Part shown: positions 1 through 13,580 of the stretch, piece after piece
Layout: every line of letters starts with the position of its first letter
How positions within the stretch are numbered: position 1 is the first letter of the stretch
Assembly (NCBI GenBank): GCA_040954595.2
Contig: CM082577.2
Coordinates: forward strand, 16,065,903-16,129,902
Source of the DNA: Balanoglossus misakiensis
Lineage: Eukaryota; Animalia; Hemichordata
Length of the DNA: 64,000 nt
Reading direction: 5' to 3'
The notes under the pieces: generated by a model
What the model saw: the letters and a program-made list of their open reading frames with translations, nothing else
Told to the model about the DNA's origin: nothing
Databases searched by the model: none
Made by a program: the position numbers and the translations under genes

Positions 1-860
1 GAAGCTACTTACATGTGGTGTGTTTATATTATTTTTCAAAAATAATATTTAACTTGTTCACATCTGTTATTTTACATATTTTACGTGTTTTTCTAATTTT
101 TACCTTGTGCATGTTTAGTACAATCTGGATTCAAAGGTATTCTTACGATGTAAATATTGACAGCCATTCCCTCTTCAACAGAAAAAAAAGGTCAGAAAAC
201 AAAATGGTGTGCCTCAAAGAAAGGCATGTGGGCTATTTCTGCAATGCAAAACGCTGAACTGGCAGTATGAACCACCAATTTGTCTACTTGGAAAGCAGCC
301 CAGATGTGTCACGTACCAACAACAACTCTCCAGAGAAGAGTCCAGGATGGTATATAGTCGGCTGAAAATACGGTTTCACCCCCCCCCCAAAAAAAATGCA
401 ACAAAAGGTTTCTCAACGGTTTTCTGTAGTATTGAATCTCCTTAATAACATATAAAAAGTCTACCAAAATCCGATGGCCGGAAATGTGTAATTTTTAAGG
501 TTTTACCCAAGATGGCCGACGCATACGTAATTTTCCATATTTTAGTATATTCTAATTTTCTTCGTTTTGAAATATATTGTATATCAATGACTTTTTAATA
601 CAATTATAGAGAAAAATTGGGTGTTCCTATGCAACTTTTTTTCAATAAGATGGTCTAAAACCTTGTAACAATGCTGAGTCAGCACTTTTCTGGCGCACTT
701 CATGCTACAGCTTTCCTATGCTGAAAATATCTGAACAGATATCTCAAAATGAAGCGTGATGACATATTATGTTCTTTTCATCATTAAATAACACTTCAAA
801 TAGAAAATGATAATATTAAAACGGTGTTTTCTCATAATTATGCATACAATGGTATGGTTA

Positions 861-1170
861 AGCAATAAAACACCCCCAGCCATGGTATACCACGAGATTT
901 TGACCAGTTCACGACATATACGCACGAGCGATAGCGAGTGCGTATATGGAGTTGAACTGGTCAAAATCGAGTGGTATACCATGGCTGGGGGTGTTTTATT
1001 GCTATTATATTATGCCAGTATATTGAAACTTTGCATAAAACATTTTAAAAAGGCATTTTCTTTGACTATGATATATGACTGTGGTATATGGCTAATATAT
1101 CACGGTCACGTGTCGTGTCTCGACCAATCAAATAGCGTGATTTACACCATCAATATACTGGTATAATATA
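861..1170 (+). mobile_element. Non-autonomous hairpin element, family 1 (terminal 143-bp hairpin 861-1003); possibly Crypton-like
   Basis: AGCAATAAAACACCCCCAGCCATGGTATACCAC (861) is the exact reverse complement of 971-1003. It is followed by TATTATATTAT, and the distal end has CTCGACCAATC...TATAATA, as in the copy ending near 26510-26550. The family name is inference. Confidence 0.7.
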
Positions 1171-2410
1171 ATATATGATAACCCATTGTCTGCTCGCACG
1201 GGTCATTGTTGGGAATGAGATCACTAAAAAGTGGTTGGAAAACCTATTTTAAGGATCTCATTCGAAGGGAAAGGCCTGGAAAAACTCATTACAGATGGGT
1301 TTACGATCAAATTAACCCATGTCCAAACCATCGATTGTGCTCCAGTTGTGTCGATAACTGGAAACCCTTCTCTCTAAAATTTACTGATTTACGAGGTCAG
1401 TATATGCTCCTCAGCTCTATTTGAAGTCAAAGAACTATTTTGGAAAGCCAACAAGCCCCAATTAACAAATCCAGAAGCTTAATTTTCAAAAAAGAATCAA
1501 ACAAATGTGCCATAGATTCTATCCTAACAGGTGATCACAATATCATTGACGGTGGTCCCCGGTTTTATTACTTGCCATGGAAAAGTGGTGGCAATTATTA
1601 CAATGGATAGTCATATACTAACTTTCCCATAAACCTTTATGATAAATCAACTGATCTAGGATGAACAATTAAGTATTTAAGGCAGGGGACTACTCAGATA
1701 TAGTGCATGATTATCATATCCCATTGTCTTACAAGATGTACAATTTTGAGAAAACACCGTTTTAATATTGTCATTTTCTATTTGAAGTGTTATTGCCATT
1801 TTTATGTTTTTTTACAAGTTCTCCATTAATTAGTTGCTTTTTACATTTTTACTTGAAATTGCATTTATTCTGCTTTCAACATCATTTCGGTATCTTAGTT
1901 AGTTATTTACTTGTATGTAAGGTCAATCAAATGTTATTTTGGCCCAATAGCATACTCCTTATGGTTTGTGTGTCTGGCCAAATTTCATAGTAGTTGTTTG
2001 GTAGTTTGGAGATCACATTGAGCACGAAACTTAGTTTTTGATAAACAACTAAGCACATACAGTTCTAGGCAACTTATTCTTATTTTTTCTGTCCTGCTTA
2101 CCCACTCATCCTGCATTCCCTTCAATGGGTATAATAATTTACTGACAGAGGTATTATTGAACTATTTTAGTAATATGAGTTGCAGTTTTAATTTTTTACT
2201 TTCCAAAAGTATATAAAATTGTCCTTTTCAAAGATATACATGTAAAATGTATGCACTTTACATTTGTAAAGATCTCTTGCTTTTTTATGGGAATTTTACT
2301 ACATCTATTACAAAAGTGACACTCATATTGGGTTTAGCATCCCTAGGTAATAGAATAATGATTATATACGTATAAATATGTTCATTTTATTTCTTCATTT
2401 TTTTTCAGAA

Positions 2411-2637
2411 CATTCACACTGGCTACCAGTGCATTTGATACACTGGGTAATTTCCTCACGGATATGAGGAGAGGTTTTGGAGGTGGGTTATTCACTTTTA
2501 GGGTGAATAAAGCCTCCTTCAACCAGTATTATTCACAGCTCGTTGATGAATTCCATGAAGGAGATGAACAGACACTTCACTACAGCAATGTAATTGGCCG
2601 ACAAGATAGTACAAGTTATGTGGTAGTAGGCAAAAAT
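2411..2637 (+). pseudogene. Isolated exon-like coding fragment (possibly N-terminal to a DUF927-like P-loop protein of a large mobile element)
   Basis: Polypyrimidine tract plus CAG acceptor at 2410, an open frame (...VIGRQDSTSYVVVGKN) and a GTAAGT donor at 2638. No partner exons recognised. Confidence 0.35.
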
Positions 2638-4894
2638 GTAAGTATTCCAAACAAATTCAATATAAATATTGATAATTTCATGAATATGTATATATTATAC
2701 AAGTCGGCGTGCGCGCTTTGAAGGTGACTGGTTTGCACTCTTGGGATCTTGAACCACGTTTAACAATGGAAACGCCAACAAAAAAGATGAAAACAAATTT
2801 GCCTTCGTCACCATCCAACACGATGGACATTTCAGGATATGCACACACAACATATCCCCGATTAAACATAGCAAAACTGGACGTGTGCAATACTTTAATT
2901 TCACACTGCAAACAGCGAAGAGTGAATACCATGAAGCAGTATGCTTCAGTCCTGACAAACGGAAGCAGGTTACCACCGTCGCTGAAAGCAAAACACCTGT
3001 AATGTTACATGCGGTAATGAAAACAGTAAAAGATGAAACAATGTGATTAAATGAAACCGATACACATGTACCTGTATGATTGTAGTTTTGTTCAGAAAGT
3101 CTTGGGAAATGTCATACTTTTACTTTTGACATCGATATCATAAGTACTTTGTACATAATAATAAGCGTGGGTTAAAATGATGTAATTTTCAGCATCCTGT
3201 ATGTAAAATTGTACTTGGTTTTGACACATCAACTTTGTACATTATAATAAGAGTTATGCCCGGAATATTGTATATTTAAGACCGGGTTTGTGATGTGTAA
3301 GGGAGAACCGATTTAATGTAACATAAGACTTGGCATGGTGCCCACAACTTACTTTCTGTGCAGTGCTAGTGAATTATGCAAAACTTCAGTTTAGTCAACT
3401 TAGACTCTGTTTATTGTATTTTAGGTCCCATTTGGTATATGTATGTATACCATATTGGGACCTTATCAGTGGCATAAGTATGTAGTTTCGAGCTTAATTG
3501 GCAAAATGGAAGAGGCCCTTCGTGCTCTAAACGATGACATTGAGCCCAGCTCCTGTAACTGTAGAATGTGGAGCTAGTCTCCTTCATAGAAAGATCAAAT
3601 TCTATTGAACTTATAAAGGAAAGCATGTAAAAACTTATTAATACAGAGGTCTCCTGTCCTTGAAAAGACATTTCACTGTAATTGCTCCCTGTGTTATCAT
3701 AATTCATTGGGATAATTCTTTTTTGTAGGGCCTTCATGTGAAAGCAGACAACGTCACGCAATACATGTGACCGCAAGACGTTCCAAGTGTTTTTACTTTG
3801 TTTTGATTCTTCTCACTCTTTCTGCTGTCCTTTTTTTTATTACTATGTTGATGACGTATTTTGGCCAGTAAAGTTTTTTGTAAGTTTCCTGAACTTGTAT
3901 CAAAATCTTTTTAGTTATTTGAGTTGGCTTTCCTTGATTTGCATGTGTATTATATAGTGTACATGTCATTGACATTTTATGGTCCAGTGTGATCAATATG
4001 GCTGTTGTGATGTGATCCAATATGTGTTCGAGATTGCCATTTACCTCCCAGGGTAGACACCAAAATTAACATAGCCAGGCGTGGACTGTGTCATCAACGA
4101 TGACTTGTCTTGGATAGTTGGCCAATCGAGGGAACATGTAGCAGATCACTTGGCTGCGAAGTTAGAATACTTACTATCACAATAGTCCAAGGGAGGAAAA
4201 ACAGTAGCAGAAATAACACTTATTTCAAACAATAGTTTGCAAGTATCTTAGCTTATATATTTTGCAGGGATATGTCAAATTTTCTATTTTTAGTGTTTTT
4301 TTGGTCATTTTTGATCAAAACAACTCTTGTGAAATTGTTAGACGGATAACTGGTTAATATAAATGGGGTGCTAAGATTTTCTTTCAAATTTGTTCAAACT
4401 ATGACAAAATGGACACTGATGTATTTTTGGGTAACTTTTGGTCATTTTGGTAAAAACATTTAATTCTCAGAAAGTGCTTGTCCAATTGCTTTGAAATTTG
4501 GTTTTCTGATTTAAGAAATGTCACCATTATCATGTGAAAACAAATGTTGAAACTATCAATTATATATCTCACAGCAATTTTGCCATTTTTGTCAAAACCT
4601 ATTTCTTTTCAATGGCTTGTAAGATTTCTTTCAAATTAGGCTTGCCAGTACCTAGAGGTGTCCTCATTGTGATGTCCAGTGTGAAAATATCAAGAGCCAA
4701 TTTTTTCCATTTTAGTATTTTTTCCCATTTGTCTGGTACATATAGCATTAAGTTTAAAAATAGGCATTCTATCATGCATTACAAAACCACAAAAAATACA
4801 GTTGATAAACACAACAAATGAGGATGATACCGAAATTCGGTGCTCCTATCCCCTAAACTACTTTATGAGGATTTGCAAAACATTACTTTTACAG

Positions 4895-5100
4895 ACTCCA
4901 AGAAAAGAAAGACTTGGACAAAATGGACAAAAGAAGAATCTGAAGCTGTTCTCACCTACTTCCAACAAGACATAAGGCTTCAGAAGGTGCCGGGAAAGGA
5001 CAAGTGTGAATCATGTCAAAAGGAGTATCCTATATTATGTGGGAAGAAGTGGTCTGACATAAAATATCATGTTTATAATAAGATAAAACGAAAAAAATGA
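4895..5100 (+). pseudogene. Terminal exon encoding a Myb/SANT-like C-terminal domain of the kind found in CryptonV-type tyrosine-recombinase proteins
   Basis: TTTACAG acceptor at 4894, then KWTKEESEAVLTYFQQDIRLQKVPGKDKCESC...KKWSDIKYHVYNKI. This matches the W-x2-EE...KVPGK-x2-C...W-x2-I/VK pattern I recall from such proteins. Confidence 0.5.
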
Positions 5101-5186
5101 TTATTCTAAAAGTTAACAGTGGGATCAGGGCATGAAATACTTTTTTGGCAACATGCACATTGTGATGCACCAGCAGACTTTACTTA

Positions 5187-5328
5187 AGCAATAACCTCCG
5201 CCGAAGGCAGGTATGCACGAGATTTTGGTACAATTCACGACATATAGCATGAGCCGACAGGCAAGTGCTATATGGAGTGAATTGTACCAAAGTCAAGTGT
5301 ATACCCGACTTCGGCGGGGGTTATTGCT
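5187..5328 (+). repeat. Long imperfect hairpin, family 2, with a partial tandem copy at ~5475-5592
   Basis: AGCAATAACCTCCGCCGAAG...CTTCGGCGGGGGTTATTGCT followed by ATTATATTAT. Homologous to 25862-25995 and 27319-27460. Confidence 0.8.
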
Positions 5329-5679
5329 ATTATATTATATCAAAATTTGTGTCTACGTCGTAATCCAATTCTGTGCAGGTTAGGTTTTGCATCAACATGC
5401 ACCAGCAGTGATATCGCCTATATAATGCAAATGAGCATCAACTGATTTATCAAAAATAAAGCCTATGTTGACAAGACTTTACTTAAGCAATAACCTCCGC
5501 CGAAGGCAGGTATGCCGGGGTTTTGGTACAATTCGCAACATATAGCATGAGCCGACAGGCGAGTGCTATATGATGGTGAGTGCTATATGGAGTTTTTGGA
5601 GTTTTTGTTTATCTTCTAATGAAAACAATGTATGTTGTTCATAGACAATGTAGAGTAGAGATTCAGTAAAGTAATTTAA

Positions 5680-6337
5680 GGTAGCTTTAGTTCATGGGGA
5701 CCTACTTGTAGACATGATTTTCAGCACTAAAACAGAGCATTAACCATATATTATATATCACATGAAAACTATTTTTACGAAATTTACAGCTATGGGAAGC
5801 AAAAGAGTGATTGACGAAATGCATTAATGGTTAATATCAAAACGTGTTGGAGTTAGTAAATTTACTTTTAAAAGTACAAATCAAGCCAGACTGGGGCAAC
5901 CATCAATATGTTAATGGTAGTTTACATTTCCTGATGGTGTCTACAGAAACTAAGTTTTCACGCAAACATTCACCAAATTTTGGCACCCCACTATTCTTAC
6001 AATGACTTTGACATCATTGGTGATAACTTGAGACTACGAAAAGTTATCTAAAAATGAGTTACGTTTTTAGACCATATGTTTGACAAGCCTGTGTGAAAAA
6101 TTGGTGGATTTGCGTTCATGCATTATTACGATATACTATTTTATATGAATTGCTAAGCTAAAATGACCAAGCGAGAAAAACTTATTTTTGTACGCGTTCA
6201 AGCAAAAAAGGTCAATGTTTTAGATTTTTGAGAGCGAGTGTACACTAAATAGAGCATCTGAGGGTTCTAGAAATAAGAGTTTGCAATGAAAACAGATCGT
6301 TTTTTTAACAATCCTCATATAAACATCTAAAGCTACC
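5680..6337. mobile_element. Kolobok-type MITE
   Basis: Perfect 11-bp TIR GGTAGCTTTAG/CTAAAGCTACC flanked by TTAA on both sides (5676-79, 6338-41). No ORF. Confidence 0.75.
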
Positions 6338-7904
6338 TTAATGTTCAATTTTCCTAGCTTTTAGGAAAACCAGAACTTAGTTCCGGCGTTGTTTGCATTT
6401 TATCTGATAAGGTTACTGCTATGTTACCTGGTGCTACCACCAGATGTAGGTAATTTTGAAATGCAGTTTAATTATGAATATTTGTTGTACTATAAACATG
6501 CAGTATTGATAGTTGTTCACTATATCTGATACTTTAAGCAAATTTCATATGAAATTTCAAAGTGACAGTGCTTGTCATCTGCATCTTTTGGCCATTTTAG
6601 TATTATATTTTGTATACTAAAACATTGGTGGTCGTCTGATGTGCATATGTGAGATTAACATTGTTTTGCTTGTTTACAAACAATGGAAACTACGGTAACA
6701 GGTCACTTCGACCCCTGACCATTTCGACCGCAGTGATTCACACCTCGGGGCATTCTTCTCTCTGTAAGGTGTTGCAAAGGCAGCCATTTTAAACAAAAAA
6801 AACGGCGTGCTGGTTTCTTTAGTTGGGTGGGGTTGCACCCACCTGAACATGCGCATTGGACAACCCCCCCCCCCCTTATTTAAAGTGGCGTGGTTTTCAC
6901 CTGCAACATTTGGCCATTTTCAGTATTATATCGTGTATACTTGAAGTGACAGTGCATGTCATCTGCATCTTTTGGCCATTTTTGTATTTGTTCTAAAGTA
7001 GTTCAAATAGTTGCAAGAACATTTATTGTTTTTTGATAAGTTCAAATAAAATGTTAGAATTATTGACATATATTTTTGTTTGTGTTATTTCAAGACTCAT
7101 CATAATTTACAAGAGGTACTTTAGGCCAAGAAAAGAGAAAGTTTGTTCCTCACCCCAGACATCTTACAAAAATGATGCGTTGATTCGTTAATTTTTACAC
7201 TCCATTTCTTAGTTGTCACACAATAGAAGTTAAACAACACGAAAACAACTTATGAATGTACGCAGAGATAAAAGTGCAGCAGTGATCAGTACACGGAATA
7301 TATTCGTCCGTTTTGATAATATGTATTGAGAAAGTCTTTGTTACAACCTGGAGAAAACATGGTCTCAACAAAGTCCTCCCATTGATACCAATACAAGATC
7401 TTTTAGATGGCGTCCTCTATTTGATAGTATAGAAATAGGTCCAAGAAATATCCATCAGATCCTTTTACTTCGGTGACTAGGGTATTTTATGCGGTTATTT
7501 GGATTCCATATCAAAAGCACGAGTCTGTAGATCATTGGGAAATGAGGGTCCTCAGAATCCCGGTTACGGGCTGGTTGAAGTTATGGTCCTCGTTAGGCAT
7601 GTGATGACGGTATGTATGTATGAATGTGTGTATGTGTGTTTGAGTGGGTGAATGAACTGACAAGCGTGTGCTCCAAATTAATTGCTACTAGGTGTACATA
7701 ATCATATGTTCAGTGCATGACATTGGTTGTTTGCGTTTAACTGGCCCAACTTGCTGCTCTTGGATATGATTAAAAATAATCCTGAGAATTCAACAGTGCG
7801 GCATTTAACTTGGTATTGTTCAACTGAACAATCTTTACCTGGTGGTCAAGGAAGATGGTGTCCATACATTATCTTACTATCAACACCAAGAAGTCAAGTC
7901 ATAT

Positions 7905-8500
7905 ATTGGTGACATATATTACTGACAGCTCCAGTCCATGTAAAGAGAAACACATATCCAAATCGGAGAAGAGGAACAATGGCACGCTATGTAACAGCTG
8001 ATGAGTTCCTCTACGAATTTGAAGAAAGGGAAGAAAGAAAGGAAAAGAGAAAAGGCAGGAGTCCAGGAAACAGGCGAGAGAGGAAAAAACAGCAGAAGCA
8101 GAAGGAAAAAGAAGAGAAGATGCTATAAAAGAAAAAAATACTCGAAATACTCAAAATGAAAGAGAATGTAGGCCTAAGTGCTGTGAATGTGAATGCTGCG
8201 AAGTCACTGTCGACTGGCCGTGCTGGTAAAGGAAAGTCTCGCACAAACAAGAGCAAAGGCAAAACGCTGCGTAAAAAGACAAACACTGAGCCAATTCCAG
8301 AATCAACCGTAGATTCACAACAGATGTACTCTGGCTACTGTCGTGGATATTACTATGATGATTCTAGTGAGGATGAAGATTGGTGGGTGCAGAAAATGCC
8401 CTAAGTGGTTCCACGAGTCCTGTACTGGAGTGTTTGGGGAAAGTAGCCTGGAACAGTTTTGCTGCGAGGATCACAGTAGCAGTGACGAGTGAAATGACAT
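7905..8500 (+). pseudogene. 3' remnant of a pogo/Fot1-like transposase with a C-terminal PHD finger
   Basis: ...ARYVTADEFLYEFEEREERKEK (charged coil), then YCRGYYYDDSSEDEDWWVQK/CPKWFHESCTG...FCCEDH across frameshifts. Confidence 0.55.
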
Positions 8501-10199
8501 GGTTTGACTTTGAGATTGATATATGGCAGTACCGTATGAGAGGGCAGGATGACCTTGCTGGTCCTTTCTTTTACTTTGTTCTGGATGTGTTGTGCTGTTC
8601 AGTGGCTCAATCGAAATAGGCATCACTACATGAGGAGGTTGATGCTGGCCAACCAACCCCCATACTGACACTGCTCCGGTATTAATATACAGGTATATTT
8701 AAACGAGAGGTCGATAATCTTAAAAAAAACTCAATGACAAAATCAAACAGCCCTTCAGTCATGTAAATCTTTCTGATAGAAAAACGAGACTTTTTACAGG
8801 ATTGCCAAACAAAAAAAAACTTTTGACAGTTTATTTGATAATGTCATTCGAAGTAAGGCATCGAAACTGAAATACTGGAGGGGTCCGAGCAAACTGTCAA
8901 CTAAGGTGTTGTCAGTAAAAAATCTTCTTTTCTAAAATTACTTTCCAAAGTCTTCAAAAAATCATTTGAGGGTGTGTATGATGTAGACAAGTGTTCATAT
9001 AATGTTGCAAACTTCTATTTGCGCGGCTTGCGCATCGTTCAGTGTTTCGGTTGCACTTTACCTTGAAATAAAACCTTGAACTCAAAAATAGTGTGGTTTT
9101 CATTTTATCATTCCCAACAAAGACAACTGTATCATCCTCCAATGGTCGCCAAACAGTCCAATGCACTAGTATCATTGTTTACAACGTGCCATCGCATTGT
9201 TACCTCAAATCACCTAACAGCTGGGACCGCATAACATACATCTTTCAATTTGGCAAAATACTTCCAAAATTTATCGTAACAACAAAGAGTTTTATTTTAA
9301 AATCACAATTCGCGGATCTATGTATGTGATAAAAATATAATTCCCCCGTATTCCTCACTCATGTACATGTGTTGTGAACTCGTGTATTAATTGAAATGGA
9401 ATTATATAATATAATAACATTAGACAGATGGATTGATGTGATGATCTGTGGGGTGTCTGCCTTCTCAAGTTTGGTTGTTGTTGCCAAAGTGTTTGATAGG
9501 GATAATTGATTTCACCAATAGCTTATACCTCAAATCAACATTTTCACCAATGGTTTTGTCTATGGCTAAAAATGTTTAGCAAAGTTTACCTCAAAATAGA
9601 GCATTGACCATAAGTTTACTGATGATTTTTATTATTTGACTCAGCTTTGTACTATCTTTCATGAAAACAACAATAGAAGGGGAAGGTTTTCTCGCCATTC
9701 TCCATGGGAAGTGTCACAGGCACAGTTTAACAGTTGACGTTCTGTGCTAGCATCCTTAATAAAAAAAAACTTTTTACTTGAGAACAACATTTGGTATGTC
9801 TGAAATGTAATAAGTTTTAATTGGCAGTTGCCCAGTAATATTTGCTCTTTCAAAAGAGGTTGATACTGGGAAGACTACAAGCCTTAATTACCTATGCCAT
9901 GTCTTCGGTTTGGCTGAAGGTTACTAGTATATCTGAAGCTGTCATGAAGAAGTTCTGAGTATGTCGACACTACAATGTGTTGTTGATGACATGGATTCGA
10001 AAAACAGAGTCAAAAAGTTAGCAGTCAGATACTTCAACGGGGGCACTCAAACAGACTCGCATGGAACATACACTTCTATTACTACGTTCTTGTGCTCTGC
10101 CAACTATTCTTTGGGTGAAAATGCAAGGTAGGTGATATATATATATATTTGTATTTACTATTTTCACTTATTTTTTATTTACTAATATCTTTAAAAGGC

Positions 10200-10811
10200 T
10201 GGCAACACGGTGTCTGTTGTATGCATGTTCTGAACTTACAAGTTACAAGCGATCACTCAATACCATCGTGAAATTTCAGAGAGCTGCCAAGAAAATGTCT
10301 GGCACACTTGCTACTGGCACACTTGCTACACCTGAAAGAGTTGAAATGGATTTCAGCTGGGCTGTCTTATTGGCGTTCAATGCTGAAGATATCAAAAACT
10401 ATCTACAGAAGTCTTGGGACATAATTAATCGTAAATGTAAGACCCTCACATCATTCATGGTAACACACATCTGTGCTTCCCGTTTTATCCCATGCCATCA
10501 GCCGAAATCTGGTGAAGAAAAGCCCTGAAAACGCTCTACAGAAGTTCATGTTATTTGTTACAGGCCTGTTACAGAGCTGTACCAGCCTAAATGAAGCAAA
10601 TGAAATTGTTCATCACATCACTGTGGTTTCAACATCACAATGGCGCACAGCTACAGTGGAAGCAAGCATGGTAAGGTTAAAAAACTGGATAATGAAACTG
10701 ACTGATGTTGACCCTGAAACTACTGAGGCGACAATGCAAACTACATTTAGTTCATTTCATATAACATTCCTTATTCCGCTACTACTCGAACGCAAGATGT
10801 CTCAACTATAA
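10200..10811 (+). pseudogene. MULE/NOF-FB-like transposase fragment (second copy ~12106-12717)
   Basis: PERVEMDFSWAVLLAFN...YLQKSW...THICAS resembles the DFSWAL...FN...YL...HLC-x-H segment of NOF-like Mutator transposases. Frameshifted. Confidence 0.5.
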
Positions 10812-10964
10812 ATTATAAATCTCTGTTAATGTAGCTGCCACCCATAATGTGCTTCACACCAACACAAGAGTATACAGAATTCAACCTGGTGATATCATTT
10901 AACTTCGCCAACAAATCTGCTTATGTTAATTTAATGCATCTTCTTTACATTCTCCATCTATTAG

Positions 10965-11580
10965 GTAACTGTCCTGGGCAAAGTCGTACATGGTCCAACA
11001 AAAACTGAGAAGACTACAAAAGATGGCAAACAGCTGTATTTAACCAAACATATTATTGCTGATAAAAACAACACAATCGAGGCAAACACGTGAGATTCAG
11101 ATACTGCTTTGCAGACAGGTAGCTCTTACAAATTCCAATATGCCACAATGAAATCATTTGATGACACGAAAAATATGCTTCTCAAGTTCTGTCAAAGAGA
11201 ACAGAGATTCTTGAAATTAGTGATATTGGACATGTACAAGACCATACAGCAGAACAAACCCGTAACCAAAGTACAGTTGGTGGTACATTCTCAGTCCATG
11301 CTAACTTCAATTACCACTGTACATCATGTAAAAGAATCATTTCCAATGTGCCCCCCTGTGCTACTGTTATCAGATGTGAATCGTGTAAAATGAAACAAAA
11401 ATGCCAAGAGTCTTTTACCACACGTGACTATTAAAATACAAACGACATGAAATTCAGTGTTCCCCATTCAGTTATGGATGATTTCTTGAAAAGGATCAAT
11501 AAATCGCACCTGCTCACAGATCCTGAAGACATAGAGGATTATTTTGCTCACTGTTGAAATGGCTATCAGATTACAGCATT
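10965..11580 (+). pseudogene. Decayed OB-fold/RPA-like coding fragment with a Cys-rich ribbon (second copy at +1906)
   Basis: VLGKVVHGPTKTEKTTKDGKQL...IIADKNNTIEANT*...GSSYKFQYATMKSF followed by CPPC...RCESCKMKQK. The fold call is inference. Confidence 0.4.
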
Positions 11581-13580
11581 CTAATAGCCATGTTGAGTAC
11601 ATGCAGTTTGTCTCTCAAACTACTTCAAACTAATTTGTTTTGATGATATCTAAAAGATTTGTTCTCTTCAACAGATGCTCCAATGGGTATAAGATGCACA
11701 GATACACAGGAAACAAAGAGATAACAAATCTGAACAGTCAAATCTGTGAACAGACGAATGCTTCCATATCTAGAATCAAAGTACAACTATCAATTACCTA
11801 TGCCATGTCTTCGGTTTGGCTGAAGGTTACTAGTATATCTGAAGCTGTCATGAAGAAGTTCTGAGTATGTCGACACTACAATGTGTTGTTGATGACATGG
11901 ATTCGAAAAACAGAGTCAAAAAGTTAGCAGTCAGATACTTCAACGGGGGCACTCAAACAGACTCGCATGGAACATACACTTCTATTACTACGTTCTTGTG
12001 CTCTGCCAACTATTCTTTGGGTGAAAATGCAAGGTAGGTGATATATATATATATTTGTATTTACTATTTTCACTTATTTTTTATTTACTAATATCTTTAA
12101 AAGGCTGGCAACACGGTGTCTGTTGTATGCATGTTCTGAACTTACAAGTTACAAGCGATCACTCAATACCATCGTGAAATTTCAGAGAGCTGCCAAGAAA
12201 ATGTCTGGCACACTTGCTACTGGCACACTTGCTACACCTGAAAGAGTTGAAATGGATTTCAGCTGGGCTGTCTTATTGGCGTTCAATGCTGAAGATATCA
12301 AAAACTATCTACAGAAGTCTTGGGACATAATTAATCGTAAATGTAAGACCCTCACATCATTCATGGTAACACACATCTGTGCTTCCCGTTTTATCCCATG
12401 CCATCAGCCGAAATCTGGTGAAGAAAAGCCCTGAAAACGCTCTACAGAAGTTCATGTTATTTGTTACAGGCCTGTTACAGAGCTGTACCAGCCTAAATGA
12501 AGCAAATGAAATTGTTCATCACATCACTGTGGTTTCAACATCACAATGGCGCACAGCTACAGTGGAAGCAAGCATGGTAAGGTTAAAAAACTGGATAATG
12601 AAACTGACTGATGTTGACCCTGAAACTACTGAGGCGACAATGCAAACTACATTTAGTTCATTTCATATAACATTCCTTATTCCGCTACTACTCGAACGCA
12701 AGATGTCTCAACTATAAATTATAAATCTCTGTTAATGTAGCTGCCACCCATAATGTGCTTCACACCAACACAAGAGTATACAGAATTCAACCTGGTGATA
12801 TCATTTAACTTCGCCAACAAATCTGCTTATGTTAATTTAATGCATCTTCTTTACATTCTCCATCTATTAGGTAACTGTCCTGGGCAAAGTCGTACATGGT
12901 CCAACAAAAACTGAGAAGACTACAAAAGATGGCAAACAGCTGTGTTTAACCAAACATATTATTGCTGATAAAAACAACACAATCGAGGCAAACACGTGAG
13001 ATTCAGATACTGCTTTGCAGACAGGTAGCTCTTACAAATTCCAATATGCCACAATGAAATCATTTGATGACACGAAAAATATGCTTCTCAAGTTCTGTCA
13101 AAGAGAACAGAGATTCTTGAAATTAGTGATATTGGACATGTACAAGACCATACAGCAGAACAAACCCGTAACCAAAGTACAGTTGGTGGTACATTCTCAG
13201 TCCATGCTAACTTCAATTACCACTGTACATCATGTAAAAGAATCATTTCCAATGTGCCCCCCTGTGCTACTGTTATCAGATGTGAATCGTGTAAAATGAA
13301 ACAAAAATGCCAAGAGTCTTTTACCACACGTGACTATTAAAATACAAACGACATGAAATTCAGTGTTCCCCATTCAGTTATGGATGCTTTCTTGAAAAGG
13401 ATCAATAAATCGCACCTGCTCACAGATCCTGAAGACATAGAGGATTATTTTGCTCACTGTTGAAATGGCTATCAGATTACAGCATTCTAATAGCCATGTT
13501 GAGTACATGCAGTTTGTCTCTCAAACTACTTCAAACTAATTTGTTTTGATGATATCTAAAAGATTTGTTCTCTTCAACAG

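Noticed and set aside
785-1797. Element defined by ~50-bp inverted repeats (785-835 and 1746-1797)
   Set aside because: The inverted match is real, but I found no target duplication or recognisable termini.
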